A stretch of 64,000 nt of DNA. It comes from Basidiobolus meristosporus CBS 931.73. Taxonomy: Eukaryota > Fungi > Basidiobolomycota. A model generated the notes under the pieces. That model made no database searches. It was not told the DNA's origin and saw nothing but the letters and a program-made list of their open reading frames with translations. Made by a program: the position numbers and the translations under genes. Shown here in pieces: positions 41,371-52,253 of this stretch; the first letter of the stretch is position 1; the number at the start of each line of letters is the position of its first letter. Location of the stretch: positions 89,404 through 153,403 of the forward strand of contig MCFE01000149.1 in NCBI GenBank assembly GCA_002104905.1. Reading direction: 5' to 3'.

Positions 41371-43149
41371 CTTGTTAAGTGGCTGAATGTAATGGAACTC
41401 AAAATACAATGTTGTATCCAAGAGAAAAGTGTAATCAAACTCTTGAATGGTGTAACTGAACCTAAATGACAACTAAGTGCAGAATTTTAGAACCATCAGA
41501 GAGTGGCTGAAATATTAGCAGAGAAGTTCTGTTCTAATATTGCTCTTGTATATAGCTGGGTTTGGCTATAAAGGCAACTGGGTTAGTTTGCTATGCAGGC
41601 TAGGCTTGGTGTACTTGGGAGTGCCAGATATGCTAGGCTTGGGTAGAACCTAGAATGTAATTGTTGGGTTCTTAATTTTGCCAACACACAATCCTAATTT
41701 TGTTGAGACATACACTAAACCAAAAGGCTCAGTAAACTTTATTTATACTTTTCTGAGCAAGTTGAATTGGTAAGCACAAAGAGACCGGACTAATTGAAAT
41801 CAGTTTGGATGTTGATAGGCACATAAGATAAATGAAAATTGCATTATGCATCAGCTGATGTTTTGGCAACTGCTAAGTGGTGGATAGATCTCAGATGACT
41901 AATCACTTGGAAAGGCTTAGCAGATCAGTTGAGGATGTAATAACCACATGAAAATTGATCAGGTGTGAGAGCTAAAAATAGTCTCTGAGAAGTGATAAAA
42001 TAAACCATAACAGGGATTAGTTATGCTTGGGTTAGGGAAAATCAGTCAGGGTACTAGATTTTCTAACAGATTAAGATAGGCAAAACTTTAAATTTTGATG
42101 CACAACACACCTTATGGGTGCACAATCTTGACTCTGTGTTTTGATGACAAATGTTAAATAGTCACACACAATCTGACCCATAAACTGTGTAAAGGCACTC
42201 TTGGCTATATGTCTTACAATTCACTCTAGGCACGGACATTACTTTTGACTAAATGCCAAGATTATGCTTGCCAAGATAGTAATAGACAAAAGAACAGACT
42301 AGAGTATCACCTGTGAATATGCATATGGTTGGGTGATCATTTGAAATGGTCATGTGCCATGTGATTTCCATACACAATATGAAACTACAAAAATCCAATG
42401 AGAAGCTTCCATGGTATATTTCATTGTGTACATTGACCTGCAGCTTTCAAGAAGATGCCAGAATCCAGTAAAACATTCTATAAGGAACTGGGATATCTTC
42501 ACAAACTTGGTTTTGGCTTCATTACCAAAAGTCAGGATTATCATGTAATCATGACACCATCCAATATTGCATTGGTCACTTGATTCTGAAATTTTGGACT
42601 GAGTGCCCCTGGTTGAGTTTTAGAAGTCCATGTCAGTAATGATTTCATTTCAAGCTGAATTATGCTAATCTTTGAATATACTGCAACAATCCTTGGTGGG
42701 ATTAGTCTTGAGCAATGTCATTACTCTCAATAGAATCAATAAAAAAATATTGGGAATGAAGATATCCAAGCAACTATAAGCCTACTGCATTTCAATAATA
42801 GTATTCTAACAGCATTTGCAAGCACATCTCTACATGCGGTCCATAGATACTCATATCTACTACTTTGAGGATTGGTAGGAGTTAAACCACTGGCCAGAAA
42901 CTGTATCACAGCACAAGACCTGCAACTCAAATTATATGCTCATATCAAAATGGTATCCACATCATTCTTAAAACAAGGCATGTTTAGTTTGGAAGTTTCT
43001 AATAGGGAAGGCTCCACTGGAAGTATGCATAGGTTATATCTACTTAGTAAGTCAAAAAGCAAGTACCATCTAGGCCACTTCTAACACTTCCCTGGCACAA
43101 AAATGGAAAGTACAATCTGTTATAAACTTTGTAGTCATACCTATATATT

Positions 43150-43430
43150 CTATTATCTTGTATGCTTGGACCATATGGTGGAAATCAACAAATGTCAGAT
43201 CCTAATTCATGTAGGGATTTACCTAGAATTTCTTGCTACATTGAGATGCCCAGGACATGCAAGTTCTCAGAGCTGTCCAAAGGCCCCCACAACTTGCACT
43301 CATGCTCTTGAGGTCTTCCCAAATATATTGGATGTATTCACTTTGCCAAGACCATGGCAAAGTGTAAATACCACCTTGGCCTAAATTAAATCATTATGTA
43401 AAAACCACATAATCTACTTGTTCTCAAGAC
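43150..43430 (+). repeat. Old, diverged copia LTR remnant (start approximate)
   Basis: Motif order gggatttacctagaa...gtccaaaggccccc...gccaagaccatg...aaaaccacataatctacttgttctc matches the family LTR. Confidence 0.65.
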
Positions 43431-43779
43431 TGCTGTAAGAGTCTTGGAGATATTGGAAGTGATTTGGAGAACAGGTAGATTATGTGGTTTTTGCTTAATA
43501 ATTTATTGAATGTAAGAGTAGTCTTTATACTTTTACGTAGTCTTGGCAAAACAAACACGCAGAATATGTTTAGGAAGGTCCGAAGAGCACGTGAGCAAAG
43601 TTTGGGGCTGTTTGGACAACGTATCTAATTTTCATATTTTGGGTACTTGATGTATTGGCGAAAATATTCCAAGTAAATCCCGACAAGGAATTCGGTCAGT
43701 ATTCTCTAAGATTTGTAGGTAATGATCTAAGTGGCTAAGTTAGGTGAATATTTAGGTGGAATTCCGAATTTTTACAACA
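43431..43779 (-). mobile_element. Copia solo LTR (reverse orientation) retaining CpGs
   Basis: TGCTGTAAGAG...TTTTTACAACA; near-TSD AAGAC/AAAAC; about nine CpGs remain where other copies carry TG or CA. Confidence 0.9.
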
Positions 43780-46700
43780 AAAACAACCTTTACCAAAGAA
43801 CAACCAAATAGTGTGTGGCAATTCTTGGGTGCTATACGTATTGATGACTCAACATAGTGCCAAGTATCCCAGTCCTGGGCTTTCACATTGGCTAATATAT
43901 AAATCCTAGTGGGTACTCACCTAGTTTTATCCCGGACTCCAAGTATATTCTACCAATAGTAATCACTTCACTCCCAAAGGTCAACCGGTTTAGAAGGGGA
44001 TTGAAAAAGAAAGCCGGTGCCTTTCAAATCACCATACCATCAAAGAAGGGCGGGCATATTGCGAAATTTCCAACCGGCGACAGGCGTGATTCGCAGGGGA
44101 ATTGAATGGCGCAATCAAGACAAAACATGCCCATTTCACCAGATTCACGGATCAAATGACCCTAACGCCCCAGTATTGCGACAATGAAGACTGGGATGAG
44201 GCAATGCACCATTCCCCACTCCCAGATTTCAGGGCAAACCAGAATACGGATCCCACACGACTCGCAAGCTCCAGTCATCGCACGATCGCCTTACCCTCGA
44301 TGGATATTTGGACGCGAACCTCATTTGGATCTTAATCCGTCACCCACGCAGCCCAGATACACTGCATGATTCAAGTCCAAGTCCAAAATGTCAAGTGCGA
44401 ACAGAGGCGTGGAATGCCCTAAAATGAACTGGTCAGTCGAAAACTTGGCATTTGATGCCCCAGCACATCACCACTCCCCCCAAGGCCTGACAATCTGGAT
44501 TCTCCAGGTGTTGTGGATACTCTATGACCATATCCCGTCCGCATCTCCATCGCTATCTCCATGACGGTAGCTTCCACTCACTCTGCCAAACCACCGCTCT
44601 GCCCGATGGGGGCGGGCCAGTAGGGCTCTGGGTTGGGCATGCAGGCACACGGGAGCTGTCAGCAAGACCGTGGGTTGGCCCCCTGGAACCTCCATTCCCA
44701 TAGGTCATCATACTCTTGTCTATATCTGGCAACACCGATGGATTACACCAGAGTTGGTGAGAAATGAGAACATATTACAGCACATGCTAGTCAGTCTATC
44801 TCCCCTATGCAACTAGGAAAGGCGGGCCGGGACTGCTCAGCTTTGAAATGGACATTGCTTTTGGCGTAGTGATAGAAGAATACGCAATCCCGCCACCGGC
44901 GTGACGAATGGGCAGATCGCACTAGATGAATCAGTATTAGTACCATGAACGCTATGAGGTTAGTGCCAGACGAGAGTCAACGCCCCCCCCCCCCCCCGAA
45001 ATCACGCCACAGGTCGTTCACTGATTAATTGGTCGGGCAGCACAAGGTGATTGGCACTCTCCGGTGAGACGGATTCAACTTTGATTGATTGACCACAACC
45101 GATCGGTCGAAATACTGAAACCTCTGGTCCCAACGATCAAGTGCCGCCACAGATTCGGCCTCGTTAGTCGAATGGCGGAGGTGGTGACTGTCTGATGACT
45201 ACCAGCATCTATGTGGGATCGGGTGCTTGAATTCCATCAATAATTCCATCTGGACTGCTGATTCATTAATCTGATGATACGATCATTGAAGCAGAATGAC
45301 TAATAACCGGGCGATCACAGGACTTGGTTCGAACGCCTCCCCATCCGCGTTGTTTGGCCCAAGGTGAAACAGGCAGTGAGGATTTGCAGGGGCGGCAAGA
45401 GGCAAATATATGAGCCGCCAGATGATTCCGTGTCAATCTCAGCTGCATGGCAATGCCCTTGGTGGCTCTCCTATTTGAAGAGAGATATCGTTCCGATGAA
45501 AGCACTGCCACATCCTATCTGCTATAGCTCCCTAGCCCAAGACTAGGGGATGAGACGTGCTCTACAATGATACATGTCCACGAATACAGGATACACGCGA
45601 ATGGTTCAGCGGCGCAATAGTTGGCAAGACAAACCGATTGGATGGTTGCATCAAGCTTAAATGAAGTGGCCCAAAATGCCTCTGCTCTGGACTGGTCGCT
45701 TTGGCTCACAATCCTGCGCACTGTATAGCATAACGCTGAAGAGAAATTCGGCCAGTTTCACCACGATGCAAATCCGTTGAAACCTGCCCTTTCACGCTGG
45801 CATCTGCGAGCTTTAGCCACTTGGGCTCGCCAAATCGGAGAATGCTACTGGGTGTATGCTACGAATGGCCACCACCCTCATTATAATGACTCGCAGCGCA
45901 GGATCAATGGACCTAACCAGACCACTTCCGCATAAAGCCTTCAACGCCAGATCCTCTCCTGATTATCTCTGGCCCAGCGCTCTCTGCCCTGCCTTCGAAA
46001 CGGTGGGTGTAGGAAGGGTCAAGAGACCGCTGCAAACATCGCCAACTCGTGAATAGTAATCTCGGGATCTGACCCTTGGCACTACCTCTCTTGGACGTAT
46101 GTTTCAGCGATCCAGCTGCGACTGGCCATCCAAATTTGGGTTTAGCCCAAGGCCGTCTACCCCAAACCCTATCAATGAACTTGACCAGGACTCGTAATAA
46201 AGAGATTAAACTAAATGAAGTTAACTCAGAAATGAACCAGTATGTGGTGGATTCAGGATTACCGATATGCTGTATCAGCTGAGCCACTGGGCTGCACGTG
46301 AGACGTGGGGAAGTCCTTTCAAGACAAGTGGAATCAGCCGATCAAGAAAGCGTCCCATCCGGCCTGAGTTGCCCCAACACCCTTCTCTCCTCCACTGGTT
46401 TCCAGTATCGTCTCTGGTGAGGGTGGTGTGCATCCCCCAGCCCCATACTGGGACTGTGGTTGTGTCTGTATCTGTATCTGGTTTCCCATTCATCTGATCC
46501 GCTCAATGAAAGCTTATTAAAATCTCCAATCATTCCAGGAATCTGCGATCAATCATGGCGCTAGGAGGACACTCGCCACCCCGGTGTTGTGGATAAATTG
46601 GTTAGTATTGCCATTTTTGGCTTCATGCGGATGGGTCGCGTTGTGATTCGATCCATGTCAATTTGTAATGAAACAGGGATAGAGATGGATATATAGTAAC

Positions 46701-46868
46701 TCGATGTTATTTAGTATTATATCGATTAGATACAGGTGTGGATTATATATTACATCTGGTGTAAGTGTTGGGTTATGGCTGGGATGTCTGTTGTGAATGG
46801 TTTCTCCCAGCGGTGTGCTATTTCGCACATGCTCTGTTGTGGGGGTTAGGGTGGGGAAAGGAAGGACT

Positions 46869-48794
46869 CTAGGCAGTTTTGACCTCGATTGGGATTGTTG
46901 CGGCTTGTCCCAAAAGGCGAAGCTTGAGCTCGGATGCAATTAGATCATACTCCTCCTGCGCGGCCCCCAGCACAGTTGAATTTTCTTGGGCGCGACGGAT
47001 CAAGTATGGGACGACCTCCTGGATGGGCCCATAGGGGACATACTTGAAGGTACGGTAGCCATTACCCCCCAATGAATACGAAAGGTTATCTTTCATTCCC
47101 ATTAGCTGTCCGAACATGACCATCTCAGTTTTGGGGGCAAACCCCCGCTTTTCTAGACCGATACAAGTCTTATTGACCGAGTCTTTGTTATGGGATGCCA
47201 CCATGAAGGCTGCATGAGTGGTAGACAGAGTGTCAGTCGGATTGATCTGATCTAGAAGAAATTCTACGCCCGAGTCGTAGCAATGGTGAGTATCCTCAAT
47301 TGTGTCATTGATAATATCGGAGATACCGAGCTTGGCGCACCGTTTACGTTCTGTAACCATGTATGCGCCTCTAACTAGCTTGGCTCCAAACGTGAAATTC
47401 TGTCTTTGTGAGCGTTCGTAGTCGCTTCTTAGTTTGCGCGTACTATCCTTGAGGTACATCTGATATGTATTGAAAACCAAGGGCCCCATCTCTTGGCCTA
47501 ACTGATTATAACGCCGACTCACTTCCAAGGCAGCATAGTCGATTGCATCCTGGAAGTACGATTGCTCGGCATCAATCATAAGGCGCACCTTCATTTGCTT
47601 GGCGTATTCGCAGATGCCATTAATACGCTCCATGAATAGATCAAAGTCCTCCAGCTCGCTCTGGTTGAGGGGGACGTAGGCGGCGGAGTTTTGGGGGCTA
47701 GTTTCCTGAGGGGCGTCTCTCCCGATAAAAAGGCTCCTGGATACTTCTTCTTGCAGAGAAAGACAGGTCGAGAAGCTAATCCAATCAATGGCCCCTTCAT
47801 CGTCGATATCCGCTCTCTCGAAAAGGGTATTTATGACCGAGTCTATGTTCTCCCGATGGGCCCCAGGGAGTTGTTTGACAACAGTTGCAAACTGGTCTCT
47901 AGTGAGCTTGCCATCCTTATCTTTGTCAGCATGGACGAAACTTGCTCGGAGGTTGTAAAGATTATAGGAGACTTTCTGTAAAGTCAACGGAGAGAGAAGC
48001 GGGGTCAGCTTGATGGCAGCAAAACTATTTGGCTCCACACTTGCTGCTTTCACCGAACCCTTTAGTAGAGAAGCAACATGGTCTGCACGACCATTCCAAA
48101 GTGCCCTGATGGCCTCTGGTGTATCCTCCTCATGAAGCTCATCAAGGTCCACTTCAATGGATACGTCCAAAATGGATCCAATGCCAGCAGATTTGAGACC
48201 CTCCATGGTTACACTAATTTCTTCTGGGGTTTCACCGCCGCAAAAATGGTTGAAAAAGGTATTCTTGATGAACCAGTATGCGGGTCCTGTGAGATGCAGT
48301 GTCTCGCACAATTTGATGAGCTGTGGTGACAATTCAACAAGCGTGGTCATCATGCACATCTTGTATACAAGCAACGATACAATCAAGTCATAAGTAGTTT
48401 TGTTTCTAACTCCTATTCTGGGATCATCAACCAAGCCATTAGAAGGCGATGTCGTGACCAGTGGGATGTTGTGAAGAGCAGCATCAGCGTATAACGGATG
48501 GGTGGCCAGGTTGGCCAGCGACACAGCGCCTACTCCAACAGCAAAGGCTGAACCGTAAAGAGCTGCACACCATAAGCGCGAGTCGGAACTTGTAGCTGTC
48601 TTTGTGGAAGTAGTGGTGAAAAGTCGCCGGGTTGGTACAGTAGGATTAAATAGATGTCGAGAGGATACGGCTTGCGCTACAAGCTTGGACGGTGTTGAAC
48701 GAGGTGTTCCCAAGCCTGAGGAACTGGCAAGAGTAGGGGAGGCTCTTGAGACAAAATTACGGTAAGCGATTGTGTTACGGTAACGAATAAACAT
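46869..48794 (-). CDS. PUT1: Mitochondrial proline dehydrogenase (PRODH/Put1) with a two-EF-hand insertion; intronless, 641 aa from first ATG
   Basis: FFNHFCGGET, FAAIKLT, VRLMIDAEQSYFQ, VFNTYQMYLKD, GAKLVRGAYM, VASHN, FGQLMGM and KYVPYGP...PYLIRRAQEN; basic Ser/Thr-rich N-terminus; EF-like loops DKDKDGKLTRDQF and DIDDEGAIDWISF. Confidence 0.96.
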   Translation of the reverse strand: MFIRYRNTIAYRNFVSRASPTLASSSGLGTPRSTPSKLVAQAVSSRHLFNPTVPTRRLFTTTSTKTATSSDSRLWCAALYGSAFAVGVGAVSLANLATHPLYADAALHNIPLVTTSPSNGLVDDPRIGVRNKTTYDLIVSLLVYKMCMMTTLVELSPQLIKLCETLHLTGPAYWFIKNTFFNHFCGGETPEEISVTMEGLKSAGIGSILDVSIEVDLDELHEEDTPEAIRALWNGRADHVASLLKGSVKAASVEPNSFAAIKLTPLLSPLTLQKVSYNLYNLRASFVHADKDKDGKLTRDQFATVVKQLPGAHRENIDSVINTLFERADIDDEGAIDWISFSTCLSLQEEVSRSLFIGRDAPQETSPQNSAAYVPLNQSELEDFDLFMERINGICEYAKQMKVRLMIDAEQSYFQDAIDYAALEVSRRYNQLGQEMGPLVFNTYQMYLKDSTRKLRSDYERSQRQNFTFGAKLVRGAYMVTERKRCAKLGISDIINDTIEDTHHCYDSGVEFLLDQINPTDTLSTTHAAFMVASHNKDSVNKTCIGLEKRGFAPKTEMVMFGQLMGMKDNLSYSLGGNGYRTFKYVPYGPIQEVVPYLIRRAQENSTVLGAAQEEYDLIASELKLRLLGQAATIPIEVKTA

Positions 48795-51700
48795 GAATCT
48801 AGCGGAAGATAGCACTTGATCAGTTGCAATAAGATGTCTGGGAAGATTGCAGTTCACAAGGGCGAATTGCTGCCATTAAATATGAAATCAAGTTGCCATT
48901 ATGAGCAATCATTCAAGCAGTGGATCACATGAGTGAGTTTGACTTGACGTGTTGAAAAAGGAACAGCACACTATCAGTGACTGAATCCCATATCAATCAT
49001 TATTGTAAGATAGGGAAAAGATAGGGAAACGTTGCAAATCTTCGGATTCGAATGCCTACAACCCCAACACTTTCTCATCTGTTACTCAGCACCCTCATCC
49101 CTCGTTGCACTGCCTCAATACGGAGCACCAGGTAACGCAGGCCAGAATGCACGCAACGGCTGCTCATCGAGTGCCAGCCATGGCAGCTACGCAAGGAGCT
49201 ATGCGGGTGTGGCGGTGTCTATAGAGAGAGAGCTGAAGGCTAGCGAGAGACAAGCTGACCGTGTGCAGTTGGCGGACTCCTGGTCGCAAGTGATGGGGAA
49301 GCAGTATCATAATTTTAATCACTATTTGCCCGAATTTCTTGAATGATCGTTTCGGAATTGCCACATGTTTCATTCTGAGGATTACAGTCATTCGAACAAT
49401 AAACCCGATGATTAACTCTTACGTTAGTTGGCCTCATTAATGAAGGTGAGAGGAGCTAGTCAGCTTCCGTGGGATAATGTGACCAGGAAACAGAGTGATC
49501 AATGGTGCACCTGATGCAAGTTACTTAACAGGCCCTAAGCTCGGGTGAATCTCGATATTGATCGATTAAAGGGTAAGTGGGAAATTGGGACTAAATCTGG
49601 ACCCCCATTTGGATCAAGTCCTCAATGGGTCAGTACCACGAATATAAAGTGCAACAGCTCTGCATGAGTCGGGGGTGGAATTCCGCTAGCTATTAATAGA
49701 TCGACGGATTATAATTCTCTCTCCCAATCGAGGCTATTTTTGACTCATCCCTATGATAAACTGGATCTGCCGTGTGTAAATTGAATCGAATCGAATCGAC
49801 TGAGGTTCGAGTGCTGGGTTCATATGCAGATTGACGGGCTAATTCCAGCACGCCTACCAAGCTTGATACAACAAGGGCCATGTTTATGAATTTCCATATT
49901 GCAGAGCAATTGAGTTGCATACCGGTCCTCTCTGCATTGATCATGCAAACTCGCACGCAGAGCAATACCCACGGAATCCATGTACTGCATGCTGCTTTTG
50001 CCTGCGATCGACAAGGATTTTCTCGGTCTTGTAATAGTGTGCACGGGGAGCAGGTCTTGGGGACCCTTGCATCCACTACGACGCGTTGGATTCGTTTGCG
50101 GCGCGTCATTGGATCAGTGTTAGACTACAGAGTTGCGATTAATCTCGAATTTTATGTACTTTGAGCCGCAATCGAGCGGTGGCATCATAGAAAATGATAG
50201 TGCCAATACCTTGAAGTCACTTCTATCTCAGTTCACCACCCAAATAGCTTTCATTTATTACATGATGCCCGGATGCTTATGCTACGTGCATTACATAGAT
50301 GATACTCGGGAATATGTTTGGCTTCTATTGCAAGGAACTTATCGATCACGGGCTTGAGATAATCAGTTAGAAGCTTCTGCATGAATTTCTGACGATGCTC
50401 TTGAAAATCGGTCCAGGCTTGTGAAAGTGCATGCGAGATGCATATATTTTGGAAGCTCTCAGGGTGCCCCTGCCACTTTGTATTGTTATAGCTAAACGTC
50501 CATAAATATGTAAGGTCCAGCCACAATCCCTGATACATTGTGTATATTGCAACCTATGAGGCTCTACCCAAAGTATTAGCGCCATATTTTTATGAAATAA
50601 ACCTACTGGCGTATTCCACACATTCCTTGATAAAATCATATCACCTCCTGTTTTCATTTTGCTTGCTATATGTGGTGGGGGTTACTTTGAAATAGTGAAC
50701 CAGGGGAGTTTATTGATCAGGCAAATTTGCGATCGTTTGAATGAAGAAATCATAATCGTATGAGTCTACTTCCGCTGTTTGTAAGAGTCTTGTACTAGGT
50801 TTGCCTCTACAAAATGCACGACACATTATATATCTTCCATGTTCCCCTTGCTTTGTAGACATGGGAACGATATTTAGGGCATGATACGAATACATGTAGC
50901 AGAATATAAATCCAGAAGCAACGAAAGTTCAATCATTTTTTTAGTGGTGTGGTATCAAGAATGCTCCACAACCGCACCTCAGTGCGCAGTTTAAGAAATC
51001 ATGCAGGCTTTCGTAGGGACGATATAAATCAACCGTTGTAATATTAGGAGTGAGAAGAACATTGAAGTAAAGTATCCATGGAGAGGGCCCTGGCATTCAG
51101 TTCGGTGCGGCTTACAAGCTGAGAAATGGAGGTGGTAAGTTTCATACAACGAATGTAAGTATTGTGCAGAGCTCATTGGGTTCATGAACCCTAGTAAATT
51201 CCAAACTTGGATGTTGTGCTGGGCTTCCTACCATTTTGTTCTAGGATCATGAAAGCATTCCATGTTGTTGCAAGACTTGGAGGAGTATTGGAAGTGAGTT
51301 AGAGAGCTAGAAGGTGTGAATGATATTCTTGTCTTGGTTTACTGATGAGGCATTTGCACTTCTATTGAGCGATGTGAGAAAAATAACATACAATCTAGTA
51401 AACAATCTAAATAGAAGCATAGGCTACATGAATCATTTAGGTGCAGAACTAAATTAACTCAACATACTCCACATACAGCCGTAAAATATTACAGCAGCTG
51501 GGTATACTCTACGCATCAGGTAAAATTCTCGAGCCAACCTGTTGCATATAAGATTTTATTCAAAGCTCCTTACCCTGACATTTGAAACTTTCAATGAACC
51601 AGGCCGGGTTTTTAGCTGGAGTATCGTGATCCAACATAGCCCATATTTCTAATTTCTAATTTCAAGTGTTTCGAACTCTACAAAGCTCAGATTTGACAGG

Positions 51701-52253
51701 TATCTACACTATACAAGTTAGTTGTAATAAGAGCGGGGAGTTACTTGAAATTGGCCAAATATAAATGTTTCTGTACATGTTGCCCTCCCAGTATCGGAGG
51801 GGACTTTGATACAAAGTAGAAAACCAAGTGATGCGACTTATACGACCAAGGAATTAAGCTATTTGCATTAAGCAAATTTGTGCGCCTTATACGAAGCAAT
51901 GTTCAGGAGAGGGGGATTCCAAGTAGTTGAAAAGGAGTCCCGTTGAGTTTTGATTGAGTGTACTTTGGTGCTCACTGGCAGCAAGTGTATTTTTGCTTTT
52001 AGTCGAGCGCGGGATATCCTAATTTTAGTAAAGAGCACTCATGGAGAGATGTATGAAAGAGGGGCGATAGTTTGGCTTGAAAGAAACACAGGTTGTCACC
52101 TTTTCCTCAGGGGTCGTGAGATTGATAACATTTGAATGAACAAGGAAAGGTATAGCGCCTAGAGTATACTAAGTGAAAACAAAAAAACGGACACCATTTT
52201 GATCAATAGGATAGTGTGTGTATATGGGAAAATCTGAACCGATTTCTTATCGG

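Larger units (their letters stand above)
36237..42107 (-). mobile_element. Ty3/gypsy chromovirus-type element with three LTRs (36237-36935, 39567-40264, 41410-42107), decayed
   Basis: Three direct TGTT...AACA repeats of 698-699 bp; outer flanks CACCC (36232-36236) and CACCT (42108-42112). Gag starts after LTRs C and B; RT-end/RNase H, integrase and chromodomain remnants lie between LTRs B and A. Confidence 0.9.

Noticed and set aside
44983-44997. C15 homopolymer
   Set aside because: An isolated low-complexity run with no associated feature.
45795-45845. tRNA-Leu/Ser-like 5' half on the minus strand (GCCCAAGTGGCTAAAGCTCGCAG)
   Set aside because: No T-arm or 3' acceptor strand was found.
46225-46295. 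tRNA-like segment on the minus strand (CCCAGTGGCTCAGCTGATACAGC...GGTTCATTTC)
   Set aside because: An A-box-like 5' part only; the B-box is poor, and no acceptor stem or cloverleaf could be folded by hand. tRNAscan-SE would settle it.
43900-46600. Numerous 60-120 aa ORFs in the CpG-rich gap (likewise 27300-30500 and 49000-52200)
   Set aside because: No recognisable motifs or consistent splice pattern; treated as non-coding or unresolved.
51260-51400. Possible very old copia LTR end (ggagtattggaagtga)
   Set aside because: The similarity is too short and there are no definable termini or TSD.
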